Shown: one piece after another, positions 42,248 through 56,309 of the stretch
Position numbering within the stretch: the stretch's first letter is position 1
Layout of the letters: each line of letters begins with the position of its first letter
NCBI GenBank assembly: GCA_951406725.2
Contig: OX597817.1
Span: forward strand, 108,934,001 to 108,998,000
Reading direction: 5' to 3'
Length of the DNA stretch: 64,000 nt
DNA from: Octopus vulgaris
Taxonomy: Eukaryota
Made by a program: the position numbers and the translations under genes
Notes under the pieces: generated by a model
The model's input: the letters and a program-made list of their open reading frames with translations, nothing else
Database searches by the model: none
What the model was told of the DNA's origin: nothing

Positions 42248-42415
42248 TTTAATTGTTTTAGTAATGAGACTGCGGCTATGCTGGGGCATCCTCTTGAAGA
42301 ATTTTTAGTCCAATGAATCGACACCAGTACTTATTTTTCATAACCTTGGTACTTATTCTATCGGTTACTTTTACCGAATTGGTAACTTATGGGGACGTAA
42401 ACACACTAGTTCGGG
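42248..42415 (-). mobile_element. SINE family A 3' half
   Basis: gactgcggctatgctggggca...ggtacttattctatcggt...ggggacgtaaacac. Confidence 0.8.
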
Positions 42416-42618
42416 GGTAAATCGTCATCACATGTCACTTAGTTGCAAGCACATGTCATATAACTGCAACAGAATACTGTATCACCAACAATGATGTGAT
42501 TTCTCTAAGACATCACCCAGTAATCTATCAAGTCCATTTACACATTTCTCAATACATACTGCTGTTATGACTTCCCTCCATCATTATATGCCCCCATCGT
42601 GAATGGGTAGATTTCCTA

Positions 42619-42688
<70 letters not shown>

Positions 42689-43020
42689 GAAAATATAGAT
42701 AAAGACAGATTTGTATTAAAGTTCCCACGCGCGTTCAACCATTGCGGGTGTTTGGCGTTCTGCGATAGAAGTTTCAAATGTGTATAGTTGCTCGATAAGA
42801 CTGGGCCCCCAGCGGACACTTTCTAGCAATAATAATATAAATGTGCGTTTATCCTTGCTTTCTCTGTAGTTCATGACTGGTGATACTACTCTGTATATTA
42901 TTTAATTAACAACTATACAGAAATTGATTTTATAAAGATTTACGTAAGAGCTCTGAACATAGCAGCAAAAGGCATACGGCATCTATGTTTATACATAATT
43001 TCTTCTTTAATAGGCATATA

Positions 43021-43260
43021 CAGGGCGTCCAAAAATTAAGGCAACCAACTTTTTTTCATTTCGCCACATACAGAGCGATCAGCGGTGGAATCAGTCTCTT
43101 GGAATTTTTTGACAATTTTCCAGACTGTTGTTCGGTTAATTTTAAGCTTTACTTCTGTAGCTGTATTACTTTCGCCTACTTTGTGGAAGGTTATCGTTGT
43201 ATTTCGGGCTATAGCCATTGTCTAATTTATAAATCTGAATTTATTTAGTCTGAAACAAAA
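43021..43260 (-). mobile_element. Tc1-like transposon remnant
   Basis: HTH-like INRTTVWKIVKKFQETDSTADRS; terminus TA|cagggcgtccaaaaattaagg. Confidence 0.65.
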
Positions 43261-43420
43261 AGAAGGCACAATGCTTTTATTATGATGTGCAAGTTTCATA
43301 TCTTATCACATTTATTAATAGTTATTAAAGCCAGAAACTTCGGTTGCTTTAATTGCGAGAAACACTGTATACATATACGCGCTCGTGAACGCACACATGC
43401 ACACGCACACATGCACACGC

Positions 43421-43489
<69 letters not shown>

Positions 43490-44315
43490 GAGCTTCATAC
43501 AATCATATGTGTGGGCGTGTATGTGTGAGTGTGTGTGTGTGTGTGGGTGGGTGTCTGGGTGTGTGTGTGTTTGCGTGTGTTATTAGGAAAAGATATATTT
43601 GCTGCAGACATACCGCGGCTGAAAACGCCTGGTGTCTCTTGAAATAATCCCATCTCTTACCGTCAGTATTCCCAGCTCAAATACCAGCAAAATCTACTTC
43701 ATTATTCACTCCTTCAGTGATCGATAAAATAAAACTAATATGCTTATATTGACTGAATTAAATATATTCCTTCCCTAAAAGAAATTACGCCTTTTGGAGG
43801 AGAATGTAATTTATGCTTATTTATCAATTGTAGGATGCAGTTGAGTAGAAACAAATTGCATTCTGAGAGTAGTATAATATTTATTTACTTCTCTCAAGTG
43901 TATGTAACCACTATACTTAAGATATATATTTTTTTTATTAGAAAAATGATATAATGAACACTAGACATTTAATCTCCCTTTACAAGACGGCCATGTTCTT
44001 GTGAACAAATATGTAGCCGACATATTTGGAATTACTGTGTTCATCGTGAAATATATTTCGTCGTCATATGATATACATATTAATAGTACAAACCAGGAAT
44101 AAACTCCAGATTCTAGCTATTTCCCGTTTTCTTTTCTTGCTATGTTGCAGTGATAGTGTACAAGAGAAACATAATTTAAATCTTGTCATTAATTTACGAT
44201 ATAGTGATTCACACAAAATATAGCACTTAACGTACAATACTCAATGCATTTGTTAGACTTGGTAGAACTATTAACCAATTTTTCTTCATAATACATTATT
44301 GTTTTGATCATAATT

Positions 44316-45511
44316 CAAAATGGTGCCAAAATGTTCCAGGACTAGCTATGTTCAATTTTAAAAAATGACTTATTTACCTAAGTTTTAACATCATCTCCTT
44401 CGAAATCATCACCTTGCGCAGCAATACACCGATCCCAGCGTCTCTGCCACTTTTGGAATCTGACCGAGAAGTCGTTTTCCCTAAGCTAGTCGAGGACCTT
44501 CTATATTTCGCTCTGGGTCTCGACAACGGTGTTAAAACGGTGACCTTTGAGACCTTTGAGCTGATTTTTCATTTGGGGAACGAGATGGAGGTCCGCAGAT
44601 GCTAAATTTGACGAAATGGGTGAGTGCGAAGAATTCGGTGACAGGGTGCATTGTCGTCGTGAAGAATCCAATTCTTCATGCTCCACAAATCAAGTCGCTT
44701 TCGCCGATTGTCCTCCCTCAAACGCTTCAAAACGTGTCAGTAGAACTCTTGATTGACGGTCTGGCCCTGAGTGGGGCCAATTCTCGATGCACAATACTGT
44801 GGATGTCGATGAAAAAACGATGAACGAATGCTTGATTGATCTATGGCCTTGTTGTGCTTTCTTCGGTCTTGGAGATGAAGTGCTCTTCCATTATAACGAC
44901 TTCTGCTTCATCTCAAAGTCGTACACGTAGATCTCACGCTCATCACCGGTGATGATCCCCGATATGAAGGATGGATAATCATCAGCATACTGACGGAAAT
45001 TTTAACAGAGTCGACGGCATGCTTTTTCTGTTAAGTGGTCAGCAGGTGAGGGACAAACTTTTCAGAGACACGCCGTATGTTCAATTCAGATTGCCTGTAT
45101 GGACCAATACGGAGACTAACAGAATTAGCAATATCATTGATTGTCTTCTGGCGATCCTCATACTCAAGCTGATGAATTTTGAAGCATCCGTGTCACTCGA
45201 AACATTTCGTATGACTCATTTCATCGTCGCGATAAGCTTACCGAAATATGCTCAATGTATCTGTAACAGACTTTCCAAGTTTAATGTAAAATTTCCCGCC
45301 GGCTCAAACTTTCTGTCCGTGACAAAATTATAGACTACATCATACACGTGAGCACAAAACAAATTTCACAACTTTTGAAGTAAACACAACTATGTCACTC
45401 GGCACACTGCCTCATGAAGGTCATTGCTAGCTCCCACTGAGCACGCAACCGTGTTCTGCCATCTGTTGACGCGCTACACAACTAATTCGGTAACGTTTTG
45501 ATACCACCTCA
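44316..45511 (-). mobile_element. Decayed mariner (DD34D) transposon, about 1.2 kb
   Basis: IITGDEREIYVYDFE, WILHDDNAPCH and LASADLHLVPQMKNQL..KGHRF; right TIR ...ttttgataccacctca|TA; degenerate left TIR tggtgccaaaatgttccaggactag. Confidence 0.85.
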
Positions 45512-46236
45512 TACATTGATTAATATAGTCAATATACAGTGTATCTGAGTAATTAACAAAAGGATTTCAAAGTTGGAGTTCATATCTCTACTCAATTAGG
45601 ATTCACCTAGGTTAATAATAACAACAACAATGTGGTACTTATTATTATAATCTATTGTTGTAGTCATATTTACCACTGTCTCCGATGTACTTCTGATATG
45701 TCAAACCATTTTTGCAACATTTTAGTCTGTCTGAATTTAAATTTAAAGACTTTGTTGATGCATAGATGTTGAACGAAGTAAATATTTTGTATTTACGGAT
45801 CTCATCAATTAATGTCGCATAAATTTAAGATCCAGCCACAGACAAACAGATTAACTATTTTTGGCTATGCATTAGTCATTAATTCATATACTGAAATTAA
45901 AACAATATAAAAAAGTAAGTTATACACTTGTAGTATCCATGGCAATACGACCATTCCTGTAGCAACCATTATTATACTGTCGGAGGTTTACTAAGAATCA
46001 AGGGATACAAAATTATATTTTTCAGGGACGTTTGGTAGTCCAAATGGAGTACTGTTAAGTACTAAAAGGGAAATTTGAAGTAAGAGAATTGTGATAACTG
46101 TTCTTAGTTTTACGTTTGTCACCTCTGCTACTATAAAAGTTGTAATGTGTGTGCATGAGTGGGTGCGTGTGTATATGTGTGCGTGCTTGCATGCATGTGT
46201 GTGTGCGTGTGTGTGTGTATGTGTGTGTGTGTGCTG

Positions 46237-46400
46237 AAGGCGTGCGGCTTAAGTGTTAGAGTGTTGCAATCCTGATCGTAAGTTCGTAATTTCAATTCCT
46301 GGGTCGGCGATGCGTTGCATTTTGAGAAAAAACATTTCACTTGCTGTTGCTTTGGTCCTCTTAGCTGGCAAAAGGGAGGAATACCGTAACGGTATGTATA
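46237..46400 (+). mobile_element. SINE family C-type 5' part
   Basis: aaggcgtgcggcttaagtgttagagtgttgca...ttcaattcctgg; a related relic lies at about 61270-61420 on the minus strand. Confidence 0.65.
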
Positions 46401-46465
46401 CACCACAGAATCCGAGAAACTGGTTTTACGACCCTATGACTTACGAAGGACATTTACTCCTTTTC

Positions 46466-46515
<50 letters not shown>

Positions 46516-46729
46516 TTTGATAATCGCTTTAAAAAATAAAGCTACTAATAGTTCCATCATTTAAGATACATTAAATTGACAGATTTATATAATATGCTAT
46601 GTATCTCCAAGCAAACTTCCCGGCTCATATCATGACGTTATACGTATTTAAACCCAGGATGCTGGACTATGAGAAAACAGAAGAAAAGAGCGAGAAGAAC
46701 AAAAGCAAATACAAAAACAAGAAGAAAAA

Positions 46730-47912
46730 ACGCGGTGTTAAACTTTCATTATTTGACACCTCCTCTGATGTGTGGTATTTGATGAATGGTCGTGAAGAAG
46801 GCACATCTGGAATGCTTGACAAGAGGATGTTCAGCTTTGTTTTGAATTCACTACATCCACACCGCGCAGATCTCTCAGGCAGTTTCGAAGGATGTTGAGC
46901 TGTGGGTTCTTGAAACCCAAGCTGTTGCAGCATCTGGTTCTGTGTTTTGATGGCGATGTTGAGATCTTTGACACTATGCAATGGCGTTCCGTTCTGCTGT
47001 TTGTATATATGTTTCAAACCCAAAGTTTGTTACAATGCCTTCCAGGATTTTCCAGATGTATATCATTGCATAGCTTTACCGTCTTCATTCTTGGGAGAAG
47101 AGTCTTAACTTTTTCAGAATTTCCCAATAGCTGATGCGTTGCATTAAGACGATTTTCATTTGTGTAGCTTCATTGGATTGCTTCGGGTTCCACCGCTAAT
47201 TTTATACTGCTTGTTGACCATAGTTGGAAGCACTAGTCTAAGCGGATGAAGACATATGCCCTCCAAAGGACCATCATAGTTTCCTTTTCTCTCGTTCTGA
47301 AAGTTCGGAGGATCTATCCAACTAGCCGTCTACATTTTATTGCTAAGTTAATAATATGCACCTGGAATGATGCATCATTACCCATGTCAATACCCAAGCC
47401 ACGCGCTGATTTTGACTCAGGGCTCCTGGACTAGTGAATCCTGTCTGCATGTTGTTCAGCTTTGTATGCTGGTAGCGCAGGTCTTGGAATTTTCCTGCAT
47501 TAAACTACATGTTGTTGCCCTCATCCCACCTGTATATTGCGTCCAGCTCCCGTTGAGGATGCGTAATATTTCCAGGGTTTTGAATTGTCTGAGAGATTTC
47601 GTGTTATCTGCACATCGTGTCATCAGCTGAGGGCACGTCTGAGAGGGCCACTATAAATAGCAGTGGCCCCAAGACAGTGTCCTCTGGAATACCACTTACT
47701 ATCTGTGATTCGTTTGAGGTGGCTCCATTGGCCACCACTACTTGACGCCTATCTTTTAGAAAGTTGTGTAGCCACTCTCCAAGTTTTTCGACTAATCCAA
47801 GATCACGCAGTTTGTGACATATCATACAATGGTCAACTTTATTAAATGTTTTTGTAAAGTCAAGATATATCACATCCACGCTTAAGTCGGTTAGCAGCTG
47901 CTTTAACACTCA
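46730..47912 (-). mobile_element. CR1/L2-group LINE 3' fragment (decayed RT)
   Basis: DVIYLDFTKTFNKVDH, SGIPEDTVLGPLLFIV, ADDT, NNM*FNAGK, LGIDM, ILRTFRTR. Confidence 0.85.
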
Positions 47913-48669
47913 GTCGTATATATTTATGTTATTTATATATATATATATATAGGTGCTATATTGGTGATAATATGGTGATAATAGCAAAAGACGCCAGATG
48001 ATATTTAGTCTCCCGATATATGACCGCTAATTCCAACATGGATCGAACCATGTGCAAAATGTATATCGATAAGGAAAGTACCAGAAAAAAGTACGTATTT
48101 TATGAAAACCTGTGGGTGGGATGCTCCATCTTGGCCACAATCCAAAATCACTAAAATAGAAAATGATAAATAGTTCTTATGCATTCGTCATGCTCCACGA
48201 ACCCCAAGAGCATTGTAAAAGAATGAAAACTTATGTTAAACTTATGTTAAATATTGGCTGTCAAGATTCAATGGTCAATATTAAATCTCGTAAATTTAGA
48301 GAAAAAAAGAATTCTTATATTGTCGTGTTCTTGTTTATAGTTTCTGAATTTTTTTCCTCTCATATATTTGAAATTTTCCTTTTACATATTCTTTTTAAAT
48401 GTATCATAGTTTTATAACAAATGGGCAGGTACGTCTGCTGCAGATAATCATAGGAATGCAAACGTATATATGCGTAAATAAACGTGTGTGTGTGTGTGTT
48501 TGTATGTATGGTGTGGTGGTGGTGGTGGTGGTGGTGTGTGTGTGTGTTTAGTATCATGTAAAATACTTATGCGTTGTGAAATTGGTGTTGGTGTATGTAT
48601 TTATAAAGAATATATTCAGTTATCTATCTATACTCTTCCCCTCTCTGTTCCACACTCTCAATCACTCTC

Positions 48670-48720
<51 letters not shown>

Positions 48721-48746
48721 TTTATTTTAAGCAGCAGAAAATTCAA

Positions 48747-48796
48747 CAAAATCTGTTACTCTGAGTTTCTCGTTGCCGTTCATCAGACAGCTTTTG
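48747..48796 (-). ncRNA. Minimal type-I hammerhead ribozyme (50 nt)
   Basis: caaaagctgt-CTGATGA-acg-gcaa-cga-GAAAC-tcaga-GTA-acagattttg: stem I 9 of 10 bp, GNRA-capped stem II with a mismatched closing pair, GUA triplet. Confidence 0.85.
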
Positions 48797-49295
48797 CTAG
48801 AATATATATATATATATATATATATATACAGCCATGCGAATGTGGTCATGAATCAGCATAATTTTGCACTTTTACATATCTTTCTTCTCTGGCTGATTTC
48901 TTCAGAGCAGTTTGATTTCATATTACCACTCCTGTATGTGCTTTTTTCCTTGGTTGTTGGTCCATTTGGTGTAGTGGGGAGTTTGACACTGTTGCCTGAT
49001 CTGTAACTAGTACTACACTGTTGGTTTATCTGGTATATTGTATAGCAGAATGTCAAGTTCTATTGTATAGCAGAATGTAGGATAAAAAAATTTTATCCTA
49101 CATTAGATATAAATTTAAGCGTTCACGTCCGGACTCTTTCACTCTGTGAGAGCATCAGTTCAAATCGCACGTGTCTCGAATGGACTAGAGTATTTCTATT
49201 TTGGATGTATTTGGGGTACTTAATTGTGATCAGGACTTAGTATTTGCTTCTTCCATGGGTATGAGTAAGTATCTCATTTATTTCTTTTGCCACAT

Positions 49296-49350
49296 GTATC
49301 ACTGACGAAGGGAGGGCTGTTATAAGCTAACCCTGAAATCGGTCCGATAT
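49296..49350 (+). ncRNA. Type-I hammerhead ribozyme motif (slightly diverged)
   Basis: gtatca-CTGACGA-aggg...ccct-GAAA-tcgg-TC-cgatat; GUC triplet. Confidence 0.75.
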
Positions 49351-49506
49351 GGTAATAATGGAATTTTTTAGAAATTTCTGTCCACCTTTTTTCGAGTAGC
49401 GTGCGTATTGTGAAAAAATTATATGGTTAATGGACAATATGTCCAATATTTTGGCATATTTGGCATTTGAAATTTTTTCGTTTGCCCTTATTTATGAATT
49501 ATATAT

Positions 49507-49621
49507 CACGTCACGTGACCGACCAGACCATCAGATGTGTTGTTACACATCGCTGGTCACCATGTGTTCGCATTGTTTTAGCCTTTGAATGACGCCACCC
49601 CGCTGGCTAAGCGAGCAGGCC
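49507..49621 (-). mobile_element. Short 5'-truncated retroposon insertion with 13-bp TSD
   Basis: atgaattatatat at 49494-49506 and 49622-49634; short (cacgt)2 tail at the left end. Confidence 0.7.
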
Positions 49622-49624
49622 ATG

Positions 49625-49673
<49 letters not shown>

Positions 49674-49760
49674 AATAAGTAATTTTTGCCGCTTTTTATG
49701 GAAACAAATGTGTTTAGAGGACTGCAAAAATAGAAGTGCTATAATGTATTTGAGACAAAG

Positions 49761-49839
49761 ATAAAGAAACATTGATCATAGAATAAACATCAAATCCGAC
49801 TCAAATATGATGTTTGCCCTATGATCAATCTTTCTTTAT
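49761..49839. other. 79-nt hairpin (about 32-bp stem), pre-miRNA-like or MITE-derived
   Basis: ataaagaaacattgatcatagaataaacatca pairs with tgatgtttgccctatgatcaatctttctttat. Confidence 0.6.
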
Positions 49840-51595
49840 ACATATATATATATTTATATAGTGATTAATGATGTTCAAATATATAACTAAACCATGGCGC
49901 GTGTATGGTTTAGTCAATAGTTGAGCGTCATTCTTCATTAACTACCATAATGAATGAACAATAAACTTACAATAACATGGGTTCATTCCAATTTTCATAT
50001 GACACCGTTAAAACTATAAACTATTTAAAAGCAAGTTTTTTATGAAGCTATGTAGAAAGCTAGTTTTCGTAATGGTCATGAGCAATAAGCTAGTTGATAA
50101 ATCCTGAATGCAGTGACTAAAAATATTACAAACGATTACGTTATATAGTCATTTCATTAATATTATTAATGTCGATCGTAATTGTAGTTGACTTCAGTTG
50201 TAAAGTGTTTGGTTTGCTCGCTAGGAAGTGTGACTGCGAAACGAAATTCAATCAATAGAGAATAATCATACTGGTATACAATTGAGAAATCTCGTGGAAA
50301 CTAAATGTTTTCGATTAATTAAACGCTTTCAATGTATTTACAATATATTGTTTGATCCAATTCTTCTACTATAGCTTAATCATATCCCGATAGATCGATA
50401 TTTTATTAAACTGGGACAATTGTTTATGGCCAACAGAATATTGTGCAAGTAATATTATGTTAGATCAACACTTCGCCGATTGCAACAGCATTATTTGAAT
50501 CAAAATTTTAATTTAACTGAAAGTGTAGTAAAAGATGATACTATGTAAAACGCAATGTTCTTAAATGATACCTGTTTTTTAAAAACATTCTTTGCACATA
50601 TAACATGTGTTTGTCAACCAAAAAGACATATTTTATCTGTAATAAACATAATGCTGAAATGCTGATGGATGTGACAGTGAATTATTGCATAACCATAATA
50701 CCTATATTCACTTCACTTTTAATCGCGAAGAAAGCGATGCACACTAGATCGTTTCTAGTAAGTCCAATGGACGCTACTTGCACTGCATCATGCATTTCAT
50801 GAGAATGTTTGGGTACTAAATTAGCCTGTGCAAATGAAAGACAACAAAATGAACTTTTGATAATAACTGTAACACAACGAAATTTTCAACTTATCAATAT
50901 TACAGTCGGGAAGTAAATTCTATCTGCTGAGTTTATTTATATATTTCATTTATTGTTTAGCCTTGATTTTTAATCTTGTTTCGAAACGCTCAATAGCATG
51001 GCCATTAGGAGATTGTATTTATTACTCAATAAACATAAATTCAACCGAAATACAATGGACTATATATATTACCCGGTCATTGTAACTGATATATTTTTCA
51101 TTTATATTTCAAATATAACTTGTATATATTACAAAACTATAATGAGTGGAATTGATATAGGGCTGAAATGTCTTTCCATATCAATATGACTGAGGCCGAC
51201 ATATTGGACAAATTTAACAGTGGAACTATATTCGTCTATTGGTTAAGAACCAAACAGATGCAGACCGTCTTCAGTAAGCGTAACTGATGCTTCTCACACT
51301 ACCTGCCTAAATTTATGAATCACCTTTGTTATTTTCAGAAGTTTATCAACAGCAGCTACGTTTGGTGGCGCGGTTGGTTCTTTAAAAAAACTTAAATAAT
51401 TAAGAATTTCAGAAACTTCGATAAATAAACCAGCATTAATCTTTCTGATTTTACACTCATACCAACTTCTGCTGTTGCTGCTCAAATTACTGCCATCACT
51501 ATTAGTGCTACTGCTACTGCTCACTGTCACTTACTGTTTCTTGCACAGCTACACTGATAATATTATAGCTTCTATGTCTATTGCTTTTTATTCTG

Positions 51596-51596
<1 letters not shown>

Positions 51597-51678
<82 letters not shown>
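51597..51678. repeat. (ACT)n microsatellite
   Basis: Directly visible. Confidence 0.95.
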
Positions 51679-52379
51679 GTCTTTATTGCAACATACACTT
51701 GCTTCTTCTACTGTTGCTACCACCTCTGCTACAATCAGGAACAGCTACGCCATAAATCGAAACCATTGTTCTTGGCGTGTCATTTTGTAGCGGGCAGCGG
51801 ATTTGGAATTCTTTTTGCTTATTCTATCGACTCCGGCGTGGTCCCGAACAAAACAAAGGTGATATTCCTATAGAGACATATGTTGATAGTTGTTTGGAGA
51901 TTATATAGGTTAGGTTTGAAACGTAATGTTTGAGGGTAACGGGAGGAACTCCATCAGGATAAGTAGCCTTTTTTCCCCCTTTTATGAAGTAACCAAAAAC
52001 TACGACCGCCTTGGTGGGTGTGTATGCAAATATATGGACCTGGAATGGTGGAAGAATATATAATTGGAAAGGATTTACCAAGAATGTGAAACGTAATCTT
52101 ATAGGAATATCTCTCTTCTTTGGTTCCCCATCTTTTGCCTTCAATATATCACAGACTTACTACGTTGCAAAGATACGACTTGACTTCATTCCTCCCACAT
52201 TTCATATCCTTCGTAAATCCCTTCTAATTATATCTTCTTCCACCATTCCAGTTCCATAAATTTGCATACACACCCGCCAAATGCAGATGTATTTTTGGTA
52301 CTTTAAAAAAAGTAAGCAAGGCTACTTATCAAGATGGTATACATCCCATTACCCTCAAACATTACATCTCAAAGCTAGC

Positions 52380-53370
52380 ATCTATGGTTTCCAAACATCT
52401 ATCTCAGTACGTCTCTATCGGAATATCCCCCTTGATATTTGGAAATGCATTGCAGAGTCTAGCATATGAATCACCTACCAAAACATTTTGCACACGTGCC
52501 CTACTCGTCTCTTATCTCTTGCATCGGTAGTTTCTCATCATATCATGCGTGTCTTAACGGAAACCATTTTATCTCTCACTCTGTTAATTCTAGCCATCCC
52601 CGAAGCTTTGTTTTGTCCCCCGCTCCCTTCCTTCTATACGTCAATAACTTAATTGTCGTAGAATCCAACAACATCGATTGCACGTAGTTTACACTGCTCT
52701 TCGTTCCTACCTAATATTTCCCAACAATGAATTACCAACTCGAAACCAGGATATCACATGCAAAACTGATTCAATGCATAGTGACTTCGACAGCATCAGT
52801 CAATCGGGATTCGCCAGTAAGAAAAAAACAAAACAGTCCTCCTATTAAGAAAATATTATCTTTACTATACTCGAGTTCATCTTGTGACCCCCTGAAATCC
52901 TCATATAAAACTCTCAATTTTCATACAATTGTTGGGCTTCACAATTACCAAGAATCACGCAAAGCAAAAACAAATTGTTAACATAGCTAGGATCGTATCG
53001 CAATGACTGGCCCTTTCTTTTAAGGCATGTTGGCACTTCGTCCCACAACAGTTATTGATACTCTTCGCAGCTCAGGTGAGTCTCACAATGCAGTTTAACT
53101 CTCATATCTAACGGTGCTGCTGCTGCTGCTCTTGCTATTGCAAACCCAAACACCTAGACTGCATCCGATTGATTCACTTAAATTCACTCACATACATATT
53201 CCAGTTATGGATTCACAATTGCACTGTATCAGATGTCTCCCTATTCTAATAATAAAGTAACAACCTCTGCTTCCCGGAATAGGCTAGTTTCAGTCCACGT
53301 CTAATTAGAAATGCCCGTCTTATTCATCACTCAAACTTCGATGTATCCGAAACCCAGGTCCAACAATAAT
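52380..53370 (+). mobile_element. Old Jockey/CR1-group LINE RT remnant
   Basis: IPLDIWK resembles LDISKAF; VNSSHPRSFVLSPAPFLLYVNNL resembles GVPQGSVLSPTLFLLYINDL. Confidence 0.6.
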
Positions 53371-55117
53371 CACTATGCCTTGTCTTTTTGTTTCGATTAC
53401 GTCGGCCTTCTGGAATTCCCTCTTCGTTTACAACCGGTGTGACGTACAATGTTACAAAGGGGACCTTAAAAGCATCATCAACTAAGAGGACATGCAATGG
53501 ACACACCAAGCAAACAAAAATAAAACAAAACTACAGTTCTTTGAGGATTTTCAATAATAATCCTCTGCAGATTTGATATCATTCCATCTCATTTTCTGCT
53601 CACACTTACTCGTGGGAGAACTGTGTGGGGAGGGTCCTCAAGCATGCCTTCTCTATGATAACTTTAAATATAAAATAATGCGTGGTAAATATAGTAAAGG
53701 AAAAGCGAAAATATGTGCTGCACAAACACGAGAACATTTTCCTACAAAACGAAATCTTATGTGAAATACTGTTTGTAGTGAATAAGTTAACTTGTGTTAA
53801 AATATAACGCAATAGTTACTACACCATATAAAACATAGACATACCCATCGGACACAAAATAGTCGTCTCATAAAAAAGGTTTTAAGTTGGCAACCAAAGA
53901 TATAATAAATCTGAGCGGATGAATTAGGTTTTGATTTGATCAGCTTGTTCTGATAGTGTTTATATGTTGGCCATTTGGGGTTGAATTGTATATATTATAT
54001 TGATCCAAGAGTGATGCAATGCAGGAACAGTTAAGTGATTTTATTCATTTAGTTATATTACTAGTACAAACTTTGAATAACTGTACAGGAATCTCTTAGC
54101 TAAACCTATCTCTACGCCTAAGATAACGATGTGGCTAACCACAACAGCAGCATATTATAGTTGATTAACTTAAAATCGTATATTAGATAAAATCATTACA
54201 TTGATCGTTTGAAACTAATTTTTCTCTTTCGGAATATGTGGACCGAATCGACTTATTTTTTGTTTTGTTTCCTTTTACGATTCTTAAGATTTGTGGTCTT
54301 GCATCTCGTTTTCTTGATTTTATGAGTGATGTTTAGTTGATGAAAAGCAACATCTAATCTGAGAGGGCTTAAATTAAATGCTATGTTAAAACCCAGCATT
54401 ACTTAGAGCAACGGCGAAGTTGATGACAATAATCAAAACGGAAGCTCATATAATAAAACTGAACGGTATTAAGATAATGTACTAAAGCTGCCAAGTGTGT
54501 CGTTGTCTGTGAAAGCAATGTCTTATACTTTTCTAGACTTCTTCGCCTTCTTTGTTTTAAATGCTGAGGTTTCTGTATTAGCGCCCTTCGGTTTCAGTGA
54601 CGTTGTTATTAGGCAGATGATAATTGTAGTGCTTGAATGATTGCTACTGTTCGTTCCAATATTTATGGCCTAGTGTGTATTGAGAAAGGCGTGACGTTGC
54701 CAGCCTTGATGGAGAGTATACTACAATGATTTTTTTGTTGTAGTTGATTTTGCTATTATTTCTCTTTTTCTTTTCATCTGCCCCGTTCGAATTCCACCTC
54801 TTTCTTCGATATTTTCTTTCCCAAAAGAGGATTTGCCCTGAGTACTTTATAAACAAAATCCATTTTGCAATAACCACAATTCTATTAACAATGAATCTTA
54901 CCTATGTAAGGTACCGTCTTTTACACAAATAAGGAGCGATTTTATTACTTCAATTTCTTTCTTTTACTTCCATTCATGGTGACGTATGCTGACGAAAAAA
55001 ACACGGGAATAAATAAGTTAGCAATGTTATTACTTGAGTGCTGTATGAATTATTGTTGTTCGTACTGTTAATGCTAAAACAAACTTTCGCTGATAAGAAA
55101 GAAAAAGAACTACTTAC

Positions 55118-55192
55118 TACCAAATATTGTGCTAGTAAATATAGGAGCAGAGACGAAAATAATATCAACAAAAGGCTCAGATAGAATCCCAT
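55118..55192 (-). CDS. Candidate first coding exon encoding a signal-peptide-like sequence
   Basis: aaaATGG Kozak-like start; MGFYLSLLLILFSSLLLYLLAQYLV followed by a phase-0 |gtaagt donor. Confidence 0.3.
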
Positions 55193-55895
55193 TTTAATTG
55201 GGCATTTCACTGAGTTAAATTGCAATCAATATTTTGTGATTGTATGACAGCTGTAATTTCCTAAATATCAGGCCTACTACAAAATAAGTCGCTACAGACT
55301 GATGTCGACTATTAACAAGCCAAGACCGACAAATAAATCAATAGAATTCTTGGCGCACATTCAGATAACGTTGTTTTTATCATATTCATAGAGCCAATTC
55401 CAGCAGCAGTTCTTGTTTTTAGGAACCACTCCGAAGTTTTCGTTCTTGTTATTAACAGCAACAATCGTGGAAGCGATAACATGATAACAAAACTACTGCA
55501 ATATGAAGGATGTCACTGGTAAAGATGGTAGTTCTCTGACATTTCCGGCCACTGTTTCAGACAGTTCTTAAGCTGACAGAATTGATTTTTGATAGATTGT
55601 TTTTCCTTCATAGAATACACTTTGTTTCCACAAGTAGAAATACATACGTATGATATTTACCGGCATAAACACACACAGACACATACGCACCGGCGTAAGC
55701 ACTCACATGTTTACACACATATAAATGTATGCACAAATATATGTATATATGTGTGTGTGTATATATGTGTGTGTGGATGTGTGTGCACGGGCATGTGTTT
55801 GTGTGTGCACGTGTATAAATACAAAAATATCTATAAGCAAATATGTATAGACATTTCTCTTTCCCCCCACTCTCTCTCTCTTTATATATATATAC

Positions 55896-55952
<57 letters not shown>

Positions 55953-56309
55953 GCGTGTATGTGTGTGTATGAGTGTATGGGTTCCTGAATGAATGGAACG
56001 AATCAGTTTATGTTGTAAAGGGATTATGTAACATTCTCAGAAAACAGAACATAATCCGCTTATATAGACTTATAAATGAACACTGGTCATGTCTAAAAGA
56101 AGGAGCGATGAAAATACATACATATATAAACGTAAATATATATATATAAACAGCATATATATGAATATATATATATATATGTAAGTTATACATACAAAAT
56201 ATATACATATATACATAGGCATGTACATTTATATACGTGCACAGACACACACAGATTTTTTTTATATATATACATGATGGGCACATATGTATATACACAT
56301 GTGTTTATA

